Part shown: piece after piece, positions 40,976 to 50,800 of the stretch
Layout: every line of letters starts with the position of its first letter
Position numbering within the stretch: the stretch's first letter is position 1
From: Squalus acanthias
Taxonomy: Eukaryota
DNA: 64,000 nt
Direction of reading: 5' to 3'
Assembly (NCBI GenBank): GCA_030390025.1
Contig: JASTWF010000037.1
Location: 1 to 64,000, forward strand
Program-made: the position numbers and the translations under genes
Notes under the pieces: model-generated
The model's database searches: none
The model's input: only the letters and a program-made list of their open reading frames with translations
Told to the model about the DNA's origin: nothing

Positions 40976-41624
40976 GGACACAGATGTAGCGAGAGAAGCA
41001 GACCGGACAAGAGAGACACACACGGAGCAAAAGACAGGCAGGGCAAGAGATAGAGAGAGACAGAGAGACAGAGAGACGGGGAGAGCAAGAGACAGAGAAA
41101 GATAAAGGCTATAAGAGAGTGCTCCAGCGGCCAAGAGAAAGTCAGAGAGCAACTGTGGGAGAAAGAGGTGGAGAGAGTCGAGGGAGAGACCAGTATGAAT
41201 ATGAAGGTGGATCATTATCAAGAGGAACATGCACAAACATGCTGACTATTGCGCAGACACCAACTCCACCATGAAGCAGTAAGATACGGCCTTTGTTACG
41301 CAATCCGCCGATTTACAATTGATAAATTGGTCACCAGTTGAAAGGACGGAGAGATGTTTGGCCCAGTTGGCTGGAGATGGGTATCTTCAAGGACTGTGCC
41401 ACTCACAAATTTTAAAGGGGCAAGTGCATTTGAAGTATTGCCCGCACCCGCTTCACTGGATCCCACATTAATGTCCTTGAGGAACTAACGGCTGTCCAGT
41501 GGCCGGGCTCGAAGGGTATGGTGCCTGCTGAGGATGTCCGTGTGTCCCCTTTAAGACTCTGCAGTGTAATTGTTGTGCCTTCTTGGGTCAGTTGGAAGGC
41601 AATTAGGTATTTGAAGATCAGACT

Positions 41625-42260
41625 GACTTGCGCATCCCCCGATTTCCATCGCCCCCCACCATTGGCGGCCGTGCCTTCAGCTGCCTGGGCCCTAAGCTCT
41701 GGAATTCCCTCCCTAAACCTCTCCGCCTCACTACCTCTCTCTCCTCCTTTAAGATGCTCCTTAAAACCGACCTCTTTGACCAAGCTTTTGGTCACCTGCC
41801 CTAATATCTCCTCATGTGGCTCGGTGTCAAATTTTGTTTGATAATAAAAAAAGAGGGCTTGATCGGATGTTTCCACTGATGGGTGAGACTAGAACTAGGG
41901 GGCATAATCTTAGAATAAGGGGCTGCCGTTTCAAAACTGAGATGAGGAGAAACTTCTTCACTCAGAGGGTGGTAAATCTATGGAATTTGCTACCTCAGAG
42001 AGCTGTGGAAGCTGCGACATTAAATAAATTTAAAACGGAGATAGACAGTTTCCTAGCTGAGAAGGGAATTAAGGGTTATGGGGAGCGGGCAGGGAAGTGG
42101 ACGTGAGTCTAGGTTCGGATCAGCCATGATCCTATTGAATGGCGGAGCAGGCCCGAAGGGTGGTATGGCCGACTCCTGCTCCTACTTCTTATGTTCTTAT
42201 GCTCCTGTGAAGCGCCTTGGGACGTTTTACTACGTTAAAGGCGCTATATAAATGCGATGC
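41625..42260 (+). mobile_element. L2-type 3' fragment interrupted by a CR1 3' fragment (~41846-42200)
   Basis: The L2 tail stops at TTTGATAA and resumes at GCTCCTGTGAAGCG; the insert encodes RTRGHNL...FFTQRVVNLWN. Confidence 0.75.
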
Positions 42261-42652
42261 GTTGTTGTTGGATACAGCCCCCACCGCTGATGGCGGGCGC
42301 GTGATTTGCCCGCTGTACGCGATGGCCGGTATAGCGTTTGACAGACCTTATGGCAGCCTACTTGAAACAGTCTATACCATTCAAAAGGGTCACCGAAACA
42401 GCCAGTAAGTAACAACCAAGTCTTTAGCTGATTTCTTATGAGTCATGTTGTGCGGGTTGTAAGTGAGAGTTGTAAACATTTGTACTGCAGCCTCTTTATT
42501 TCTAATAATATACCAAATTATACTTTTAATTTATATAGACAGTCAGCCTGGTATAGCGAGCTCGATCGGTCAGAGACAGATCAGAGATCTCGTGTACAGA
42601 TCTAATAGGATTATTAGGACGACAAAGATAACATTAACAATACCATTATTAA

Positions 42653-43052
42653 GTCAGCCATGGCTCGGTAGGCAGCACTCTTGCCTCTTGAGTCAGGAGG
42701 TCGTGGGTTCAAGCCCCACTCCAGAGACTCGAGCACATCATCCCAGGCCGACACTCCCACTGAGGGAGCGCCGCTGCCCTGTCGGAGGCGCCGTCTTTCT
42801 GGATGAGACGTCAAACCGAGGCCCCGTCTGCTCTCTCGGGTTGACGTAAACGACCCGACAGCCACTAATTCAAAGAAGAGCAGGGGAGCTCTCCCCGGTG
42901 TCCTGGCCAAGATTTATCTCTCAACCAACATCATTTTAACGTTAAAAAAACAGATGATCTGGTCATTAACGCATTACTGTTTTTGTGGGAGCTTGCTGTG
43001 CACAAATTGGCTGCTGCGTTTCCTACGTTACAGCAGTGACTCCACTTCAAAA
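42653..43052 (+). mobile_element. Near full-length tRNA-derived SINE
   Basis: A box, B box (GGTTCAAGCCC) and conserved body. Confidence 0.75.
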
Positions 43053-43185
43053 GTAGTTCCAAGAACAATCCAGTCTCTCCACATAACTGAAGTCCCTCAT
43101 CCCCGGTACCATTCTGGTAAATCTCCTCCGCACCCTCTCCGTGGCCTTGACATCCTTCCTAAAGTGCGGTCCCCAGAATTGGACA

Positions 43186-44804
43186 TGTAAGGGATACTCT
43201 CCTGACCCTGCGTGTCTCGTGGCCTGTGAGGTTCACGCGGCTCTGTGCAGCCTGTATGTCAGTGCGGGTCTAGGCCTGGTCTCCAGCCAGTCTGGGAACA
43301 CTAGACACCCCTGTGAGTGGTTCGAATCACTCTCCCTTACGGTTCTAGACACTGGACTTAGATGCGAGAGCAGTAATGGAGATAAAACTCATGTAGACTT
43401 GGTTTGAACGGTACGAAATGGAAAATCTTTATTGCATGATACTTAAAATTATGAAATACATGTCATATGCACAGATTAATGACAGTACAATCTTACAAAC
43501 AGTTATAATCACTCTTAGGGAAACGAGGAACGACCAGCACAACGTAAATAGGGCACACATTACAAATATCCTTAAACTTTCAACCCTCCCCTATCAATAA
43601 CTATCCTAAAACTAGCTTCGTAGGATCCCGAGACTCATGCTCACCACTCGTAATAACTCGGAGAAATCCCGAATAGCTGATCGGATGTTTTTCACCGCAG
43701 CACCCACGTGTTGGTCAGGAGATCTCCTGGTCCCACTTGTTTACTGCTTCTGCTGCTCGGTCAGTCGGCTGGACCGTCCGCTGTAGTGAAGACCTCTGTT
43801 GGTGGGCTTCAAAGTTTAATCGTGGAGCACCGTTGTCAATATCATTGATACGATGTGTTTACACAGTCCAGTTATCATCGATGCAATATGTCTTGTTAAA
43901 GAAGAAAACTTCGTTGTCAAGAAGACTTGGCTGATCGACCTACAGGCGCGGTCGGGATTTACTGACCGTGGCGATGGATAAGGTCTTCTTCTCTTCTCCT
44001 CTCATCTCATCTCATCTCATCTCATCCCGGGCCTTCGGTTCCGCTGCCAGCTACCAACATAGGTCTTTGCAACAGTCTTTCACCCAGGAGCAGCCACGAT
44101 GATAACAGCAGCAAGCGGCAAGAGTCACGAACACGAGGCAGGAGCAAGAATCAGGTCAAGAGGCAAGAATCAAGAGTCAAGAGACAGAATGGACGGTTTG
44201 GGCCTGCAATTATAGTGCACAGTTCTTCCGTTTCCCGCCCAACTATAATGTCCATTCTTTTGTTTAAGGTTTGGCGCCCAAAAAGTCCTGTATGGGTGAT
44301 CTCTGTCTTTAATGGGTTTCGGGGCTACTCCTGAATGTTTGAGTACCTGCTAATACTTCTCCCATTGTTAAATCGGTCGGTGTTCCCCCTGGAGGGGTTT
44401 GGGGCTTCCAAGTGTCCTGTATAACTACCTGCTAACGGCTCTCTCATCGTAGAGCCGTTGGGAGTTTACATATTAATGTCCTTTGGATGGGCCCTTGATG
44501 GCTTTCCTTTGTACCTGGGAGACCGATTCCAGTATCGATGTTTATACTGTAAACCCATAATGTCCTGTGTAATGTCTTCACTGTGCTGAATCGTTATCGA
44601 TCTTGCAAGAATGTTTATTGGAACGCCATCTTGTCTGCCTGCCGAAAAGTCTCGAATGTTCTGTCACGCGGTGCGGCGGCCATTTTACAGGCTGCTTGTG
44701 TCCAATTTAAACCTGACAGCATTTCGCTGAAATAAAAGCTGTTTTGAAAGAAACTTGTGTTTTCTCCTTAATAAAATGAAATCGCGATAATTGCGAATTC
44801 TACA
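43186..44804 (-). repeat. 3' LTR (1,619 bp)
   Basis: Direct repeat of 54199-55817 at offset 11,013; no differences found in spot checks. Confidence 0.97.
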
Positions 44805-44817
44805 GTCCCTCCTGTTG
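44805..44817 (-). other. Polypurine tract
   Basis: The - strand reads CAACAGGAGGGAC immediately before the TG of the 3' LTR. Confidence 0.8.
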
Positions 44818-45227
44818 ATGCGAATAACTCCGCTTATCGTATCAAAAACTCAGTGGTGAGCAATCTTATCTCGATTTCACTCCGAATCCAGTAAATTAAT
44901 CCCATAAATTTTAACTTAACTAGGGTCTCTGTGTCGTCCTCATTTCCCAAGAAAAATCACACTTTATATCACCATAGGCATCATTTGCCCTTAAACTTAC
45001 ACCACTTGTTTTCCTTCCCGGCGTAACCAGGCCGATACCTCACGCATCACCTGTATATTTATCTTTTATTCAAGGGAAGGAAAAACAAAACCCAAAAACC
45101 AAACAATCAACACCATCACCAAAATAAACAAATCCCAACTCTTAAACATGTCGAGTTTCCAACGTATTTACACTGAGTACAAACTTCCGCGGCGCACGTG
45201 GCGAGCGGGAGTGACGCCATTTTCCCA

Positions 45228-47575
45228 TTACACTGCGCTCTCATCGTGCACGCGCACGTAACGTTCTCGCCACTCTCCCGTGTTCTCATGCTTGGTGAGG
45301 CGCTTGTCTCTTTTACAATGTATGAACAAAAGGTATACTACAATAAACACTTGACAGACGACTAAAATGTGGGAGGCTATTCTAACCCATGAGGGCACTT
45401 CAATATTCGTGAACAGATTCCACCACGGTGGAACCACTATGTCCAAAATGTCTGTACCTATCTCGACGGTTTTCTGTTCTAATGTATAGAAATGCTTTTG
45501 TGACACCGCGACGGCTTTTAGAAGTTTGGTTAAATGCTCGGGGAGAGGGGGAATGAGGTACCCAAAATGTGCGACAAATCGCTGCAAGTCGGTAAAATTC
45601 TCTTTTACTGTGAGATGAACAGTGGATGGTTCAGGGATTGGGATAATTCGCTGTTGTGCTACTTGAACTTCAGCCCTGGGTTTAAAACAGAAACTGCTGT
45701 CACTCACCGGACACCGGCTACGGTTTCCATGCTGGTAGTGTTGCGCTGCAGTGGTAACACAATATGTTCCACCCCCGATGTATGCTACCTGCGGAGGCAC
45801 ATGATCTTGTGCCATTGCCTCCATGGTGCAATTCATGGACTTGGCGCCAGCCGTTCTGAACCCGCACTGTGGTGTTAAAAAGGCATTCAAGTGCTGGGGG
45901 CACAGTATTATGTGTGCTCCCCTGCCACGACAACCAGAGAGATCTGTACCTGTCATCGTTTGCTCCCAGCGGATGACGTAAGGTGGAACCGCTGCATAAC
46001 GAATGTGGGCTCCCCCCTGAATGACACCAATGTTCTCTACCCGATACACCGGGGCGGGCTTTGCTGTGTCGCCCAAAACCGGCATGCGTAATACTATTCC
46101 CATAATAGTATGGTTTGAACGTCCGCAGTCCACGGGGACTGGGTAAGCTTCTGAAGCTAGCCTGAGCTGGCACGGACTTAATGCATTCTGAAAAGGGTGG
46201 AGCGCCCGCAGGTGTTTGTTACTTATCCAGGACGGGACCAAACCTTGTTTTAAATCCTCCAAATTACTGCGGCCCTCGCCCAGTAACCACGCCCCGTAAA
46301 GCACGCACACCTCGTTCTGCGCAGCTTGATCGGATGCATTCCGATCTTCCCTAATCAGGGCATTTACCGTACGCGCATGTTTCTCCAGCTCTGCTATAAT
46401 CTCTTTCAAGTGTAGTGTCATGGCTTGGTCCTCGTGCAGACCCGACCCTACCACTTTATTCTCATCTGTGAGAATATCCTTTAACTGTGTTTTTAAACCA
46501 TTAATCTGGGTCTGCAGCTCCACACTGTCTAGAGCGTTGACCACAGATGTCCCTGTGTTGAAAGCAGTGAACGCATCGTTCACCAAACCCCTTCTTTGCC
46601 TCCCTACTTGGTCCAAAACTTCCTGCGGTGCGGTGTATAAACTTGTCTTATCAATTTCTGCAAAGTCAAATTCGTAAAACTGCCTGAACATCTTGGTCAA
46701 CAGGACCTGGTACAACTGTTCCGTCTTTTTGGGGCACCACTCTGGTAACCGTACCTCAGTGAGATTTAAAATCACCGAGGCCACCGCGTAATGCACTCCC
46801 TGAAATAGTATCTGGTCTGTGGGGACCAGTACCAAACCGTTCCCGGGTCCCTTACTAGTTTTAGGGCACCCTTCTTCCTCAGTTAGAACTACCGGAATCG
46901 TGGGCGGGGCTTTGCGTGGGCGCGTAATGAGCTCAGTGGCATTTACTGGGATCGGGGAGAATGGGGCTCCGCACCCCCTGGTGCTCGCATCCCACCTCAT
47001 CCCCTGTCCGTTATCCTGCCACTGGTTAATAAAGAATATGGAGATGCCTTTGGGGCAAACGTACTTTGACCCCCACATACAAACATAAATCCCCTCATCT
47101 GGTTCCCACCATTTGTCCCAACAGACTTTCACTTGTCCATCTGTCCCCGTAATTGTCCGATGGGTATTATTACCCAGTCGCTCCCACTCAACCGAAGAGT
47201 TCCTCATAGTCTTGCTCAGCTTTCGCAGCCACCACCATCGGCTCAATGGGACATTCCCACTGCAGAACAAATCCGTTTGCCGACGGTGACGCTGATCCTG
47301 GGTGCGATGATCCGTACTTTGGGGCACATTAAAGAAGTCTCTTTGTAGGCGAACCCCGATGTGCTGGAATACTCCGTTGAGTTCGTTCCCAGCCATCCTG
47401 GCCACCTTCCCTTGTGGAAATAGGTGCTGGTCCCTTCTGCCTTCCGTCTCCCGGTCCCATCCACCGCGATGGGGGCCGTGTCCCCGGAACATCCAAACAC
47501 CACGACATCCTTGGTGAGGCCCCGATAGGCCAATCCACATCCGATTGCCACGAGCAATACTATGAGTCGTTCCAT
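45228..47575 (-). CDS. env: Envelope glycoprotein, paramyxo/pneumovirus F-like class I fusion protein, split by one frameshift (~782 aa if repaired)
   Basis: A signal-peptide ORF (47243-47575, MERLIVLLVAIGCGLA) overlaps the main ORF (45228-47540). Furin site RQRR|GLV at 46590-46601, then fusion peptide, heptad repeat, Cys-rich region, second heptad, TM helix (ILVVCQVFIVVYLLFI), and about 10 N-glycosylation sequons. Confidence 0.88.
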
Positions 47576-47588
47576 CCTTCCTTGGTTC

Positions 47589-47612
47589 CTGTGATCAGAT
47601 AGAATGAGGTAG
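47589..47612 (-). promoter_or_regulatory. Candidate env splice acceptor
   Basis: The - strand reads CTACCTCATTCTATCTGATCACAG|GAACCAAGGAAGG-ATG, 13 nt before the env ATG. Confidence 0.55.
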
Positions 47613-47879
47613 CCAGCCTCGCAAAAAAGTCTCTGGCTGTTGTGAAGGGTGAGCGGGTCCCCTGACCTCGCCTCACGTAAACTTCAACTTTTGCTGAACA
47701 GACTTCCTCTAAACCTAGCCTTAAAACTCCCATCATTTGTCGTTATCTGTATAAACCACTACAAACTTAAACTTATTAAAACTACTTAAAACTTTAAACT
47801 AAACTTAAAACCTTGAACTAATAACTTTACAACCTTAAACTAATACTATACAATGCCGCCCGTTCTCAGGGCGGCCCCT

Positions 47880-50800
47880 TTAAATCCTGAGAAGGCTGCT
47901 GCGAGCTCTTCCCGACGGTGGGAGGGCACTGACCCTTCCCTCTGATCTGCCGCAGCCTGTTGCTGCGCTGACCCTTTCCTCTGATCTGCCGCAGCCTGTT
48001 ACTGCTTCGATGTGGCCTGTCTCTACCCGGGTTATCTTAATCTGAAACTTACGCCCTGGGGCATCCTGTGGACCTGACCACGTCTTCCTGGGCTGGGGTG
48101 CTCTGCTTGACCTACGGGGAACTGCTACGGGCGGGGGCTCCGTGACGGACGGACCGGGTCCCGAGACCTTCAACGGGATGACCTGGGGTTCCATCACAGG
48201 CGCCAGCCCCGCCTCCGCTGACTCCGCCTCCCTAACCTCGGGGCTGGCAGTTCGGGGCCCCGCCCTGCTCGGCCCAGCAGGCGGCCCTTCACTCGCGAAC
48301 TCTGCCTCCCCTGAGGACTGGACGTTTACAGCGGGCGGCCACACCTCTGGGAACCACATAGCGGCTGGCCCGGCCTCCTCTAGCTCCTTCCTCCTCCTGT
48401 CGGGACCTGCAGCTTGTGTGTCCACCCCGTAGGGCTCTCTACCTATCGGCCCCAATCCTTCCAGACCGTTCCTGTGAAACCACCCGTCATCATCACTATG
48501 CTCATCTGCACTATCCTCATCTGACCAGGGTACCCTGGGGTCCTCGTCATCTAACCCCCAACTCCAGAAAAACGCTGCATGATCGTCCGGGATGTCCCTT
48601 CCCCTGATGCAAGCTGCTACGCCTGCCTGTGTGCCTTGTGGTCCTACCTGGGGCTGTGTTTTCCCGTTGGCGGGATTTACCCCTGTAGTTTTCCCTTGCG
48701 CACCCGGCTGGTACAGTTTACATTGGTTTATGTGGAACCACTTAGTGCGCCGAGGTACTTTTACGGCGTAAACCATGGGACTTGCCTTGTCTACAATGTT
48801 GTAGGGTCCCATATACAGTGGTTCCAGACTCCCTACTCTGGCGTAGTTTCTGACCATGACCTGGTCTCCTACTTCCCACTCCCGCGTTTTGCGGGGTTCC
48901 AGCAACAAGCGATTGCCCTGGTGCTGCCTTCCCATGTTCCCAGCCGCCTGCTCATAAACTTGCTTCAGGCGCTCCAAGAGAGTTTGGGCGAACTTGTCCC
49001 TGCTGATCTCTTGAAGCTGACCCTCAGTGAGCACCGGGGCTAGCACATGGGTGGGGGTTCGCATGAGCCTGCCGGTCATTACCTCGTGCGGGGAGTACCC
49101 CGTACTTTTTGACTGACTGGCCCGGACCCCCATGAGGACTAAAGGCAGAACTTCCGCCCATTTTTGGGGCGAGTTCCTAGTCTCTTTCCTCAATTTCTCC
49201 TTCAGGGTCCGGTTCATACGTTCAACAATCCCGGATGACTGGGGATTGTGTGCTACGTGCCACTTCCCTTCAATGCCCAAAAGCATGAGGGTGTTCTGCA
49301 TCACCTGGCCGGTGAAATGACTCCCTTGGTCTGACTCCACAAAACGGGGGAGTCCCCACCGCGAGAACACTTCCCGGACCAAGATTTTTGCAGTACCCAG
49401 TGCCGTAGCTGTTCGACAAGGGAAGGCTTCCACCCACTTGGAAAACACATCCACCAGGACGAGGCAGTACTTATAACCTCCCTGGGTGGTGGGCAGGGGT
49501 CCTATATAGTCGATCTGTATCGACTGCCATGGTCCCTCTACCCTTCTTACGTGTCCCATGGGCACCTTCCTTTTCTGGGGGTCTGGGTTATTTGCAGCGC
49601 ACACAAGACAGCTTGCACAGAACTCGCGGACTTGTTCCCTGAGCCCTGGCCACCATCCCGCTTGCTCTACCCGTTGCCAGGTAACCTCGGGCCCGGGGTG
49701 CCCTGCCCCTGGTCCCTCGTGAGCCAACTGGAGGAATTCCCTCCTGTGCTGCTGCGGCACAACCCACTGCTCCTCGCGGAACAGCATGCCTTCCTTAACT
49801 GAGAGGGTTGCCGTACTGTACGGACCTTCTACCTGCCTCCCCTCAGCAATCGTTTTTAGGACTGCTTTTAGGGCGGGATCCTGGGCTTGGACGGTCTTAA
49901 GGTCTAGGGGCAATGCTACCCTGGTGTTCCCGGTATTCCCGTCCCCACCTCGGACCGCTGCTATGGGTCCGGTTCTATAGGGGTTCCAGAAAGTACCGTC
50001 GCGGGCACCCTCCCTGGCTAGCGCATCCGCCTGCCGGTTGCCCTCCCCACGGGGCTCTGTGGAGGAGTGAGCTTTCACCTTATGGATGAAAATCTCCCCT
50101 TCCTCCCCTACTGCTGCTGCTAAGATCTTTTCCAGCAAGGGCTTTACCGTTAAAGGTCGCCCGTCCGCGGAGGTGTATCCACGGCGGGACCAAATGGCCA
50201 GGTATTCCGTACACGAATTGCAGGTGAACATACTGTCCGAGCAAATCGTGTATGGGGTTGGGAAAATGTCTGGGTGGGTTACCACGTACACCACGGCAGA
50301 CAGCTCAGCCTGCTGCGCGCTCATGGTGCTAGGGAGCTTGATCGCCAGGGCAAGGTCTGCCGCAGGGTCATAAACTCCACACCCTGTGAGTCGCTCGCCA
50401 GCAGATACTGTGCTAGACCCATCAACATAAATCTCGCGCCCAGTGGGATGTATCCCGGCCCGTAAACCTATGTTGACGTCCCACACCCCCTCCACCGAAC
50501 ACCGGTGGGCTGTACCGGGGTATACCAAATTGGCCGCAAGCCTGGGCTCGCAAAGACCTTTTACTCTGATGTCCAACTGGGAGAGAAGAAGGGTCCAACG
50601 CGCAATGCGTGCGCTGCTTACGGTCCCGTCTTTAATCCTCCCATCCAGAAGCATCTTAGTTGGTGTGTGATGTGTGAGGAGAGTGATGGGAGAGAGCCCT
50701 GTGAAGATCGCTGATCTTTTCACAGCCCAATGCGTGGCTAAAAGGTGCCTTTCGCAATTGGAAAAACTTCTCTCCACATCCGTTAATACCCTGGATGAAT

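Noticed and set aside
40728..42730. tRNA genes
   Set aside because: The A/B boxes belong to SINE heads; I could not fold a complete cloverleaf.
43141..43934. Short + strand ORFs in the LTRs (duplicated at 54232-54947)
   Set aside because: Antisense to the provirus, short and featureless; they recur only because the LTRs are identical.
47260..47540. MWIGLSG... as the true Env N-terminus
   Set aside because: No signal peptide; the upstream ATG at 47575 provides one and follows the candidate splice acceptor.
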